Below are positions 23,872-33,812 of a DNA stretch of 64,000 bases, piece after piece. Position numbers and translations under genes: made by a program. Below the pieces are notes generated by a model. It saw only the letters and a list, made by a program, of their open reading frames with translations, was not told where the DNA came from and searched no databases. The stretch covers positions 1-64,000 of the IMG/VR virus record IMGVR_UViG_3300034073_005193, one strand, 5' to 3'. Position 1 is the stretch's first letter. Every line of letters starts with the position of its first letter. The stretch is from an uncultured virus (IMG/VR IMGVR_UViG_3300034073_005193) (Duplodnaviria; Heunggongvirae; Uroviricota; Caudoviricetes).

Positions 23872-24495
23872 ATGATTTTTCACGATAGTTTTGTAAATAA
23901 AACAAAAAATATTTTAAATTTAAAATGCTCGGGTTCAAAAACTCTCTTTAAAAGAGAGCTAGTAAAAGAGCTTGGATTTAATATTCTTGATAAAAAAGAA
24001 TTAAATCTAGGCTTGAATATAGTGTCAAGCATGTTTAGTTTAAATTATTTTCCAGAATGGGAAGTAATTACTGGAAAATTTGGCGGAATCAAACATAAAT
24101 CAAATCTTAAAAAGAAAAATGTTAAAATTTTTCCAAACAATTTCTTAGAAATACTGTTTCAAGTTTTGAATACTCATTGTAATTCGGTTCCAATTTCCAA
24201 AAATAAAATTGTTCAATTATTGAATTTATCACTGCCCAATCAAGAAGTTAGCAATTTGATTAGTGTTGCTATTCAAAAAAAATATATTATTGGATTTCTT
24301 GGAAAGAGAGGCAAAAAAGGAGGAATTGTAAAAGATCCTCTTATTACGCCTAGGATTATGATTGAAGGATTAGCCATAGATGGCACAGAAGATTTGCCTT
24401 TACCAGCTAGACAAGATAAAAAAGAGGCATTATACTGGTCAAGTGCAGATGACTTAGAGCATCTTAACTATCAAGCAGTTCCTAACCAACTTTAA
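23872..24495 (+). CDS. Hypothetical protein with two putative winged-helix repeats
   Basis: Two similar units ending GKFGGI and GKKGGI. Confidence 0.4.
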   Translation: MIFHDSFVNKTKNILNLKCSGSKTLFKRELVKELGFNILDKKELNLGLNIVSSMFSLNYFPEWEVITGKFGGIKHKSNLKKKNVKIFPNNFLEILFQVLNTHCNSVPISKNKIVQLLNLSLPNQEVSNLISVAIQKKYIIGFLGKRGKKGGIVKDPLITPRIMIEGLAIDGTEDLPLPARQDKKEALYWSSADDLEHLNYQAVPNQL

Positions 24496-24500
24496 ACGCC

Positions 24501-24950
24501 ATGATATCCAAAGAAGAAAAAAAGATAATCTCTTCTTACTCCAAGGAGATTAAAAAAGCAATAATCACTTTAGTAGAAGAGAATGATTTTTTATATGACT
24601 ATATTGATTTGACAGATTATTGCGGAGCTTGTGGAATTGCTTCTTTAGCTTTATATGAAAAACTAAAGAAAGATAAAGTAAAATGCAATTGGTTTTATGG
24701 ATATCATCAAATTCAATACCCTCATCTTGGGGAGCGTCATTGCTGGGTAGAAGTTAATAATCAAATCGTAGATGTTACTTACAAACAAATATCTGAAAAA
24801 AGTAAAAACATTTATATCTCTCCAATAAAATATGTCAAACTAAAAACAAATCCGCCTCATCAAGTCTTTAATAGATATTGGAGATGGCAAAATCCTTTTA
24901 AATATCATTACGACTGGTCAAACAACAAACTAGAAATTATTATTAAATAA
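24501..24950 (+). CDS. Transglutaminase/papain-fold Cys-His-Asp protein
   Basis: GACGIAS, HCWVE, IVDVT..Q. Confidence 0.55.
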   Translation: MISKEEKKIISSYSKEIKKAIITLVEENDFLYDYIDLTDYCGACGIASLALYEKLKKDKVKCNWFYGYHQIQYPHLGERHCWVEVNNQIVDVTYKQISEKSKNIYISPIKYVKLKTNPPHQVFNRYWRWQNPFKYHYDWSNNKLEIIIK

Positions 24951-25180
24951 AGAAAAATATATGGAAGTTCAACCTGAAATTTTATTGTGCTCTTGTCAAT
25001 CTCTAGAAGAAGCTCAATGGGTCCGAGGAGAGCTAATCTCTTTCAACCCCAGAGATTATTGGTTTTATGTATTTAATGACTTTACTATTAAAGTTGCTAA
25101 TGATTTCGGAGGGAAGATCTCTCAAGATAAATTTGATAAGGTTAAAGTCAAATCAGAGGAATTAATTAAAACTTTTCGTT

Positions 25181-25585
25181 CTAAAAAGAAATAGCACTCT
25201 TGGCTTTTAGTTTCTTGATATTATCATAATAATCTTTCATAGCTTTAACGCACTTTCTGCATCTGCACTTATACTTTTTGTAGCGCCAGATGGTTCCATG
25301 CGATGAAAGTTTACCGTATTCTCTTTTTTCTAAAGTTTTTTCATGATGACATGCTTTACATAGCAACTGACATTTATTAACTTCATCTAGTAAATTAACA
25401 TCGGCTCGGTCAATAAACTTAGAAATAATAAATTTTTTTTGTTTTGGCTTCAAGTGATCAAATTCTAGATTTTTAGTCGAACCACAGCGCTCGCATTTTC
25501 CACCTAATAATTCTATCAGGCGCAATTTACGAGACTTTCTACGTTCTTTACGAGCAAGTGATTTTTCTGGAGTCCAAACTGACAT
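25181..25585 (-). CDS. HNH endonuclease
   Basis: LGGKCERCG..LEFDH, KCQLLCKACH, second HGT...CRCRKC zinc motif. Confidence 0.85.
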   Translation of the reverse strand: MSVWTPEKSLARKERRKSRKLRLIELLGGKCERCGSTKNLEFDHLKPKQKKFIISKFIDRADVNLLDEVNKCQLLCKACHHEKTLEKREYGKLSSHGTIWRYKKYKCRCRKCVKAMKDYYDNIKKLKAKSAISF

Positions 25586-26662
25586 AGCATATAAATATGA
25601 AATTATCCAATGATGACGAGTTAATTTCTAACATCTTTTTAACTATCTTATTTTTTCTTGGAACTATAATCCTGTTAAAAATAGGTTTTATTTATTGGAT
25701 TATTTGTTGTTCTATTGTTTATTTTTTCATAGTTTCTGACAATAAATTTATAAATTTCATCTCCCCTGCAGAAGAATTTCAAGATAATAGTTATTACATT
25801 TTGCTTTGGTTTTTGGCATTATTAATGCCAATTGCATTGTTTTTAATGTATATTTCTGCTCGAGCCAGTGGTTATAGTAAAGATAACCATGATTAATTTG
25901 CCAGAAGTAGGGGAAAAAATCGTAGTCAATAATATTAGATATGCAACCGCCATGGTTTCCGATGTCGTTTGGGATGAAAAACAATTTGATTTTGTAATTA
26001 ATTTACAATGGACAAATACTAATGGCGAATATATAGGTACATCTAGAGTCTACTATCGAGATCAAAATAAATCTTGGTTCAGATTCTCCAACAACAATTA
26101 ACAAATAATTAGGTGAAATATGAGCGAATCTTGTGTCAAAAAAGTAAAAAATGCATGGCATCGAGCTAGGAACTTTAATAAAAAGAAAAGTGCAGATGGC
26201 GTAGTAACAAAATCAAATAGCCCAGGAATGACTTTGAAAAAATGGGCAAAGCACCAGGTTGAGACCGGCAGCTCTTTAGCAGAAGAATGTAGCCAATGGC
26301 TAAAGAATAAAAAAACACTAGCTCAAAAGTCACGAACTAAGAAATGAATTATATTTTAATATTGTTAGTCCTTATTTTTTTACTAGCATTTATGCTTTTG
26401 AAAATGATTAGGTCTGAACAATTTGTTAAATCTTATTGCTTGAATATTTTTCAACAAAGGCAGAAAGTATTTTTACAAGAATTTAAGTCTCATTATAAAA
26501 TATATGGCTCTGAAAATTCTAACAAAAAACAAGCCATGATTGAAGTTTTACAAGATTATCTGTGGTCTAAGTCCCAAGATTTGGACCGCAATATCTCCAA
26601 TAAAGTTTTTAACTTAGATTTAATTCTTGATATTGCCCATATTGTTTGGTTAATTTATTTTA

Positions 26663-27031
26663 TTGAAAAAAACAATGATGTTAGTTGATGTAAAAAAATT
26701 AAAAGAAATTATCAATCCAATCGAGAATCCTCCATGGAAAGAAATAAATTCAAAAATTTCTTACGAAGAAATATTAAACTCTAAAGAAATAGAAATCTCT
26801 AAAGAATATGACGCACTAAATCCAATAACAAGAGAACAGCACATTGCAAAAATAGCGCATTTTGTAAAAAATGGATGGAATGATGAACCAATTACAATTG
26901 TCTTTAACAAGGATTTATACCCCATATACGATGGCAATCATAGATTTTGTGCTGCCATTCTTCGTAATGATGATTACGTTTTTGCAAACGTAGAAGGAAG
27001 TCGAGAGATGATCAAAAAAATATCATATTAA
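26663..27031 (+). CDS. ParB/Srx-like domain protein
   Basis: PITI...IYDGNHRFCAA motif. Confidence 0.65.
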   Translation: MKKTMMLVDVKKLKEIINPIENPPWKEINSKISYEEILNSKEIEISKEYDALNPITREQHIAKIAHFVKNGWNDEPITIVFNKDLYPIYDGNHRFCAAILRNDDYVFANVEGSREMIKKISY

Positions 27032-27056
27032 TTGATATAGTTAATGTGATATTCGT

Positions 27057-27129
27057 TGGGGAGTCGCCTAGTGGTTATGGCAGCGGACTTTGAATCCGCC
27101 ATTCGTGAGTTCGAATCTCACCTCCCCTG
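27057..27129 (+). tRNA. tRNA-Gln (UUG), no encoded CCA
   Basis: Acceptor TGGGGAG/CTCCCCT, anticodon arm GCGGA-CT TTG AA-TCCGC, T arm GTGAG-TTCGAAT-CTCAC. Confidence 0.93.
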
Positions 27130-27151
27130 CTAACTTTCTGCAATTAAAGCG

Positions 27152-27179
27152 TTGACACCTATAAGATCGTAGCTATGTT
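27152..27179 (+). promoter_or_regulatory. sigma70-type promoter upstream of the phage sigma gene
   Basis: TTGACA-16nt-TATGTT, GAGG RBS before ATG 27225. Confidence 0.7.
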
Positions 27180-27224
27180 GCTTCACATGCGGCGGGTAGT
27201 CCTGCCCAACAGAGAGGTAATATA

Positions 27225-28022
27225 ATGTCTACGTATCTTGATAAGATCAAAAACTGCGAGATTCTTTCCAATGATAAGCTTGTTGCTCTGTTTGCCCAAT
27301 ATTCTTTGACGGGTGACATTCAAGCTCGAAATAAAATCATCAACTCTACGCTTAGGCTCGTTGTAAAAATTGCAAGCCAGTATAAGCATTATGGAAAGTT
27401 TGACGATCTCATCCAAGAAGGTAACTGTGGTCTTTTGAAGGCTATTGACAAGTTTGATTTTACCCTTGGAGTTCCCTGGAGTAACTATTCTGCTCAGTGG
27501 ATTCGAGCTTATATTCTTCGCTTCACATTTAACAATCAAACCATGGTAAAGCGAGGAACCTCTCCCGAGGAGAGAAAGTATTACTGGAAACTTCTTCGAC
27601 TGCGGTCGAAGCTGGAAGCCCAGGGCAAAGACGCCAATGCCGAGGCTTTGGCTACCGAAATGAACCTAACCAAAGAACAGGTTGAGTTCATTCTTAGCAG
27701 GTCTACGGTCGATTCTAGTCTTCAATCAATCTCCTGCAACAGTTTCGATGAAGATCCTTCTGAGGAAATTCTAGACCCCATCTCTTCAAACGCAGAAGAT
27801 AATATTGTCGATGCTATGTCTAATTCTCTAATCGAAGAAAAAATGAATCTATTTGCTGATAGCCTTACCCCTCAGAAGAGGCTAGTATTTATGAATCGCT
27901 TTATGTCTGATGAATACCAAACTTTTGCTCAGCTAGGCGAGCAACTAGGAGTCACACGTCAGCGTGTCCAGCAAATTGAATCAGAGCTTAAGAAGCAATT
28001 TATTTCTAAAATCAAAATTTGA
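27225..28022 (+). CDS. RNA polymerase sigma70-family factor, RpoH-like
   Basis: LRLVVKIA, DDLIQEGNCGLLKAIDKFD, WIRAYI (region 2); LGEQLGVTRQRVQQIE (region 4). Confidence 0.93.
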   Translation: MSTYLDKIKNCEILSNDKLVALFAQYSLTGDIQARNKIINSTLRLVVKIASQYKHYGKFDDLIQEGNCGLLKAIDKFDFTLGVPWSNYSAQWIRAYILRFTFNNQTMVKRGTSPEERKYYWKLLRLRSKLEAQGKDANAEALATEMNLTKEQVEFILSRSTVDSSLQSISCNSFDEDPSEEILDPISSNAEDNIVDAMSNSLIEEKMNLFADSLTPQKRLVFMNRFMSDEYQTFAQLGEQLGVTRQRVQQIESELKKQFISKIKI

Positions 28023-28417
28023 ACAGGAATGACTTTTAAATTAATCTTTAATAAGATTATGAGTCAAGACCAGGCTCAAGTCTAAAAGCAATTAGAATCA
28101 TAAATTTTATTTAAACACATTTAAATAATTGCCAACCTGCCCTTGCAGGATTCATCTTACCGCCAACTTGCCAAAACAATTTCAACGAAGATTTCACTTT
28201 AACTCCTTATATTACGCGCGTAACGGGTGCGCGGGGGCGGGCGCGCGATATATATTTATAAATAATATATAATATATTATCCTATTTGGATAACTTTATT
28301 TCACTAACGTTCATAAAGTTATCGGGAAAATTTTTTTTCAATTTAAAAAATGTAGGCGACTATGCTACAAAATTAATATTCATTCTGTTTTTTAAACTAT
28401 TTTTTTTGCATATAGTT

Positions 28418-28735
28418 ATGAAAACATTATCTGTGTTATTTCTCTTTTTAACCGGATGTATGGAAGTAAATAGCTGGGAGTCTCAAGAAGAGACAGAAGA
28501 AGACTCTTCTTTTGAAGAATCTCAATATTATGAAGATTTTGAATTTGATGATTCTTATGAAAGAAATAATTGCCCAGTTTATTATCAAAAATTTGAATTT
28601 AAAAACAATCAATATGTAATTGAAATTCCTTCAGAATGTCATTTAAATTATTTTGAAACTGGTCGACCTACACCAGATAAACAATATAATCAAAATATTC
28701 TTTTAGAAAATTCAATTATTCATCAGGAATATTGA
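28418..28735 (+). CDS. Putative acidic lipoprotein
   Basis: MKTLSVLFLFLTGC lipobox at internal ATG 28418. Confidence 0.6.
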   Translation: MKTLSVLFLFLTGCMEVNSWESQEETEEDSSFEESQYYEDFEFDDSYERNNCPVYYQKFEFKNNQYVIEIPSECHLNYFETGRPTPDKQYNQNILLENSIIHQEY

Positions 28736-29015
28736 TGAATAATTCTTGGTTAAATTATGGCTGGATTGATGATGATGAAGACGTAGAGAATATTCAAACC
28801 GCCGATACTTTACGACCAGAAGATTTAGAAAGATTATTAAAAGAAAAATCCAAAGATCCAAAAGAAGATGGAATTAATTGCAAAATTTGCAAAGATTGGT
28901 TTCATCTATCTGAACCCAACGAATCTGATGGAACATTTATTTGCAGAGAATGTCGAATAAGACCTTGGAGAAATTCTCCAATTAATAATGATTAATTTGA
29001 TATAGATATTGAAAT

Positions 29016-29103
29016 AGAAGGGTGCCAGAGTGGTCGATCGGGCTTGATTGGAAATCAAGTGTACGTGAATAGCGTACCGGGGGTTCGAATCCCCCCTCTT
29101 CTG
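29016..29103 (+). tRNA. tRNA-Ser (GGA), no encoded CCA
   Basis: Acceptor AGAAGGG/CTCTTCT, anticodon arm CTTGA-TT GGA AA-TCAAG, long variable arm GTACG..CGTAC, T arm GGGGG-TTCGAAT-CCCCC. Confidence 0.95.
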
Positions 29104-29931
29104 CTAATTTTTAAGTAAATTATTAATTGTTACTGCATCAACAAAGAATGACATATTTGGAACTGCCGGTCTAAAAAAAGAACATATTCCAATTAATTTC
29201 CCATCTATGTCAAAAGCTCCGCCTCCAGAGTTGCCCATATAAATCGGAGCTGTAATATGAACTAATTTTTGTTGATATCCTGTGGGATTTATTTCAGTTC
29301 TAAAACCTGAAATAATTCCAGTAAAATATGTAAATTCAACTCTTGCAGGATGCCCAACAATATGAACTTTTTCACCAATTTTTCCATTAGATCCAGATAC
29401 TTCAACAAAACTATCTGAGCTGTAATCTAATGTTTTTAAAATCATAATATCGTTATTATTGTCAAATTTTATTATTTTTGCTTTTTTAGTTGGTGGATTT
29501 TCTAAATTATAAGAATTTGATATTTCACCAAAAGTTTTAAATGAAACTTCTAACCCAAGCATATCATCAAGGTTAGGAGTGTAACTTAATGCTTTAATTA
29601 TTTTAATTAAATCTTCTAATGTTTTTTCTTCTTTTTTAATAATTTCTTCGCTAATTTTAGCATCTTCTGGTTCTGGAATTAAGCTTTCTCCACAGTGCCT
29701 TGCGCTAATAATTATTTCTGGAGAAATAAAAACTCCTCCACAAAAAGTAGAATATTTTTTATTTTCTTCTGACGGGCGTAAAAACGCAACAGAGCTATTC
29801 TCTAATTTATAAACTAGATTTGTATTTTGCTGTTGCTCTATAGATGCAACTTTTACATGCGACGGAATTGAACAACAACCAAGTAAGAAAAACAAACAAA
29901 AAAGAAAAGATATCTTGTTTTTCAAAGCCAC
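29104..29931 (-). CDS. Trypsin-like serine protease with signal/lipoprotein peptide
   Basis: CGGVFI..ISARHC (His), DIMIL (Asp), GNSGG (Ser); LLGCC N-terminus. Confidence 0.9.
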   Translation of the reverse strand: MALKNKISFLFCLFFLLGCCSIPSHVKVASIEQQQNTNLVYKLENSSVAFLRPSEENKKYSTFCGGVFISPEIIISARHCGESLIPEPEDAKISEEIIKKEEKTLEDLIKIIKALSYTPNLDDMLGLEVSFKTFGEISNSYNLENPPTKKAKIIKFDNNNDIMILKTLDYSSDSFVEVSGSNGKIGEKVHIVGHPARVEFTYFTGIISGFRTEINPTGYQQKLVHITAPIYMGNSGGGAFDIDGKLIGICSFFRPAVPNMSFFVDAVTINNLLKN

Positions 29932-30388
29932 TCCTATGTTCGTCGCTTACACGCCTAATGATATACGTTATATATGCTTATATTCTTTGTGCAGTATCAA
30001 AAATAGTAAAAATATGTAAGTTGATGTATTACAAAAAAAGCATATAATTTAGCATATGAATATGGAGATCGTATATCAAACAGAGTTTGAAACTTTAGCA
30101 ACAGATATCGCTTCAATTTACAATCTGTTATACGACACTCCTAATTATTATAAATCTTCTCATGTTCAAATTTTAATATCTTTATCAGACTATGGAGATG
30201 GATTTCATAGATTAATTAGTCGAGCCTGTATCAAAAACCCTCAAGAAGAAATCTATGACATGGTTGTAGATATTCAAGGTCAACCCATTGACGCGCTAAG
30301 AAAAATGCACGAAGATCTATTAAACCTTTTAGAGGAAGAGCTTCCTGACGAAGCTAAAAGAAGACAGTATCGTTACAATTAATGATTT

Positions 30389-30430
30389 TTCAAATTATTA
30401 TTTTAATAATTCAAATTATTTGTTTAATTA
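30389..30430 (+). repeat. Imperfect 21-bp tandem repeat upstream of purA
   Basis: TTCAAATTATTATTTTAATAA / TTCAAATTATTTGTTTAATTA. Confidence 0.6.
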
Positions 30431-30442
30431 AAGGAAAAGAAT

Positions 30443-31471
30443 ATGATTAAGACCGATGTAGTTACCGATCTGCTATGGGGAGATAATGGTAAAGGAAAAA
30501 TTACTCATTCGCTAATGAAAAATAATAAATATGATTATTGTCTGAAATTAGCAGGTTCTGCTAACGCAGGACATACCATTTATCATAATGGTGATAAATT
30601 TGTCACTCATTTGCTTCCAGCTGGAATATTTTTTAATATTCCCTCGATTATTGGCAGAAACTGCTTGGTTCATCCAGAAACTTTGTTTGCAGAAATTGAA
30701 CAGCTGCAAAATCAATTTAATAAACATGAAGATCTGAAATCTATTGATATTCAATCTTTAGTGAAGATTGATAAAAATACTTGTATTATTACAGACGATC
30801 ATATTTACGAAGATTCTAAAGATACTATTATTGGATCAACTAAACGTGGGGTCGGTCCTGCTGCTCGTGATAAATATGCTAGAACGGCAGTTCAAGTTCA
30901 AAATGTTGATTCATTAAAGGGATTCGTTGTAGATTTTCCAGAAATAATCTATCAAGAACAAAATGCTTCTATCCTCGGAGAAGGAGCTCAAGGTTTTTAT
31001 TTGGATGTTAATTTTGGTGATTATCCTTATGTAACTAGCACTCACTGCTCTTTAGCAGCTGTTCCGTTGAGCGGAATTCCAATTCGATCAATTGACCGAA
31101 TTTTTGGAGCAATTAAAATTTATGCTACTTATGTTGGAAAAAAATCCTTTCAAGGAGAAGATTCTAGATTCGACATGATTGCTGAGGCAGGGTCTGAGTT
31201 TGGTTCTACTACTGGAAGAAAAAGACAAGTCAACTGGTTAGACTTAGACAAGTTAATTTATGCTATTAAGGCTAATGATGTAACTGATTTGATTATTTCT
31301 AAAATTGATATTTTTAGAAAATTAAATATCTTTGTCTTAGTTAAAGATAATAAAATCATTGAGTTTAATAACGAAAAAAATATGAAAACATACATTCATG
31401 ATGTCTTGTACGATTCAAGATGTAATTCCATTAAGAATATAGTGTTTTCAGAATCTCCACATGACATCTGA
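30443..31471 (+). CDS. purA: Adenylosuccinate synthetase (short form)
   Basis: WGDNGKGK, NAGHT, IGSTKRGVGPA, EGAQG..LD..FGDYPYVTS, EFGSTTGRKR, SKID. Confidence 0.9.
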   Translation: MIKTDVVTDLLWGDNGKGKITHSLMKNNKYDYCLKLAGSANAGHTIYHNGDKFVTHLLPAGIFFNIPSIIGRNCLVHPETLFAEIEQLQNQFNKHEDLKSIDIQSLVKIDKNTCIITDDHIYEDSKDTIIGSTKRGVGPAARDKYARTAVQVQNVDSLKGFVVDFPEIIYQEQNASILGEGAQGFYLDVNFGDYPYVTSTHCSLAAVPLSGIPIRSIDRIFGAIKIYATYVGKKSFQGEDSRFDMIAEAGSEFGSTTGRKRQVNWLDLDKLIYAIKANDVTDLIISKIDIFRKLNIFVLVKDNKIIEFNNEKNMKTYIHDVLYDSRCNSIKNIVFSESPHDI

Positions 31472-31498
31472 CAAGGTAACGATCTGCAATAACCCTGC

Positions 31499-31526
31499 TT
31501 GACATTGTTTCTTTCGGGGTTATTGT
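31499..31526 (+). promoter_or_regulatory. sigma70-type promoter inside an inverted repeat
   Basis: TTGACA-16nt-TATTGT; arms TGCAATAACCCTG (31485-31497) / CGGGGTTATTGTA (31515-31527). Confidence 0.65.
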
Positions 31527-31572
31527 ATGGGGGATGCCTCTAGGTGGGGCTAGTTGTTTAGAGAGGAAAAAA

Positions 31573-33750
31573 ATGTCAAAGCTAATTGTTCAAAAAGTTC
31601 AGACTCAGACGGACGGATCAATTAAGGATCACCAATATGGGATTGGTGATGTGGGTCTTGTTTTGGAAATTCTTCGAAATAAGCTTTATAAAGATCCTAT
31701 TCTCGCTGTAGTTCGTGAGTATATCACCAATGCTCGTGATGCTCATGTGGAAGTAGGAAAAGCAGATGTTCCAATTGTGGTTCATTTGCCTTCTTATGAA
31801 TCCATGTATTTCAAAGTCCAAGATTTCGGTCCTGGTCTTTCACCTGAGCGAATTGAAAAGATTTTTTGCAATTATGCATCTTCTACTAAGCGCAATTCTG
31901 AAGACCAAGTAGGTTATTTCGGAATTGGCAGCAAGAGTGCATTTGCTTATTCTGACTCTTTTACCATTACATCAGTGGTAGATGGTAAGATTCGAACTTA
32001 TTCATCTTATATTGATGAGTCTCGGCGTGGCAAGATTTCTTGTCTTTATGAAGCTGATACCGATCAGCCCAATGGAACAACTATTATTATTCCTGTAAAA
32101 AAATACGACCAAGATCGTTTTCTAGACAAGCTTCGATTTATTACGGAATTTTGGAGTGTTCGTCCCAGCGTTTTTAAGGATGATTCGGAGTTTAAGATTT
32201 CATATGTAAATGAAAAGACGGTTTTTTCTGGCGATAATTGGAAACTTGCTCGCAATCCCGATTATGATTTTCGAGGAACCTATGCAATCATGGGCGGAAT
32301 TCCCTATGCTATTGATATGAATACTCATTTCGAGTCGCATCCTGCCCGTAATTTCTTCAATTATTCTTGCGTCCGAATTAATTTTAATAATTCTGATCTT
32401 AGCCTTGCCGCTTCTAGAGATTCACTTCACTATGATGCTAGAACGATCAGGAACATTAATGATAAGCTTGATTCAATCATCAGCGAAATTAACATCAGGA
32501 TTTCGGAGCAAATCTCACAGGAACCATCTTATAAAGATGCCCTCATCAAATACAATGAAGCCTTGGACGCATTTCCTGAACTAAATAGAATCATTGGAAA
32601 TGTAATCTACGATTCAAAACCAGTTCATAGGAATCCCAAGATTTCTATGTTTGGGAACAATTCTAGACTTACTTGGTATTCAAAAGTTGTAATGTCCAAT
32701 GGCTTCAAAGACATTAAAGTCAAAACTGTTAATTATAAAAATCCAGGCGCAGACGCAGATTTTGCTAATATCTTGTCTAGAAAAGATACGGTAATCATTT
32801 TTAATGACCTAGCCGTTACTGACCTGAAAAAGTATGCAACAACATTGTTCAATGATTCTAACGCATTGAACAATGTTGTTGTCCTGAGCATCGCAGAAAC
32901 CAAAGATGATGTATCTAAGCACAAACATCTTTGGTTTGCAGAAGATATTTGCTATGCAAAAATCTCAGAAATTACTCCAGGCAAGACGGTTCGACAAAGC
33001 AATCGCAGGTCTCTAACTCATAAACAAAATCTATTTCTTTATAGCTTTGATCCCTCATCTTCCAGGGTAGATTGTGGTCGTCATCTTGTGGAAGTTTCTC
33101 CAAATGAAACAATTGCATATTTTCTTTATGACCTAAAGACAAATGCGCCTGTTAATCTAAGCAAAAATATTCTATCTTGTATTAAAAGTCTTGAATCCGC
33201 TTTGGGAATGAGGGTTTTTGCAGTGGCGACATCAAAGTCTGAAAAGATTCCATCAAATTGGAAATATATTGATGATGTTGTGACTGAGAAATTCAATTCC
33301 ATCATGGAGCAATACGGTCTTTCTTCCCTTCAAGATTACTTGAATTGCATGGCTATTAGGGAAAAAGTAGAACATTACAATGTTAATATCTTTAAGTCTC
33401 TTTTTAAAGACCAAATGAATAATAATAATTTTATTTCCTCATACCTGAATAAGGTTCAATTTGCCCAAGACAAGTTCTCTTATGTCTGGGATAATTGCAA
33501 TCTTAAAACTTTGGCAAAGCATATTAATAAATACCATTACCTTGAAACGGCTTCTATTCCAGCCTCAGAGGATTATGACTTTAATATTTTTTTCAATTCA
33601 GCAATTCAACAATATCCTATGCTTAAATTCTGTCCAGTAAGTTCATATACTTCTGAAAAAGACATTAAAAGCGTCAATGATTACATTGAAATGGTCGATC
33701 GTCTTAACAAAGACGCGCATGTGTGTATTCATATGCCTTTGTGCGCTTGA
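31573..33750 (+). CDS. rIIA-like protein (GHKL/Hsp90-type ATPase N-terminus)
   Basis: LYKDPILAVVREYITNARDAH, DFGPGL, STKRNS..GYFGIGSKS, NGT; followed by an rIIB-like gene. Confidence 0.88.
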   Translation: MSKLIVQKVQTQTDGSIKDHQYGIGDVGLVLEILRNKLYKDPILAVVREYITNARDAHVEVGKADVPIVVHLPSYESMYFKVQDFGPGLSPERIEKIFCNYASSTKRNSEDQVGYFGIGSKSAFAYSDSFTITSVVDGKIRTYSSYIDESRRGKISCLYEADTDQPNGTTIIIPVKKYDQDRFLDKLRFITEFWSVRPSVFKDDSEFKISYVNEKTVFSGDNWKLARNPDYDFRGTYAIMGGIPYAIDMNTHFESHPARNFFNYSCVRINFNNSDLSLAASRDSLHYDARTIRNINDKLDSIISEINIRISEQISQEPSYKDALIKYNEALDAFPELNRIIGNVIYDSKPVHRNPKISMFGNNSRLTWYSKVVMSNGFKDIKVKTVNYKNPGADADFANILSRKDTVIIFNDLAVTDLKKYATTLFNDSNALNNVVVLSIAETKDDVSKHKHLWFAEDICYAKISEITPGKTVRQSNRRSLTHKQNLFLYSFDPSSSRVDCGRHLVEVSPNETIAYFLYDLKTNAPVNLSKNILSCIKSLESALGMRVFAVATSKSEKIPSNWKYIDDVVTEKFNSIMEQYGLSSLQDYLNCMAIREKVEHYNVNIFKSLFKDQMNNNNFISSYLNKVQFAQDKFSYVWDNCNLKTLAKHINKYHYLETASIPASEDYDFNIFFNSAIQQYPMLKFCPVSSYTSEKDIKSVNDYIEMVDRLNKDAHVCIHMPLCA

Positions 33751-33812
33751 CATGTTATTATTCTGAGTTATATATTCACTGTTGGGTTCCAAAAAAACAA
33801 GGAGTTTACTAT

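Noticed and set aside
22884..27031. FtsK + ParB-like genes as a plasmid/ICE partition or conjugation module
   Set aside because: Not adjacent; no ParA, relaxase or T4SS genes; context is a phage gene array
28286..28417. N-terminal extension of ORF 28286 (likewise 21793, 31534, 33723, 39946, 63291)
   Set aside because: Downstream ATGs have better RBS, lipobox or coupling context; the extensions overlap promoters or upstream genes
30443..31471. PurZ (2-aminoadenine/Z-genome synthesis)
   Set aside because: Catalytic Asp is retained (WGDNGKGK rather than the GSTGKG type) and the GTP-type (T/S)KxD motif is present, so it reads as PurA
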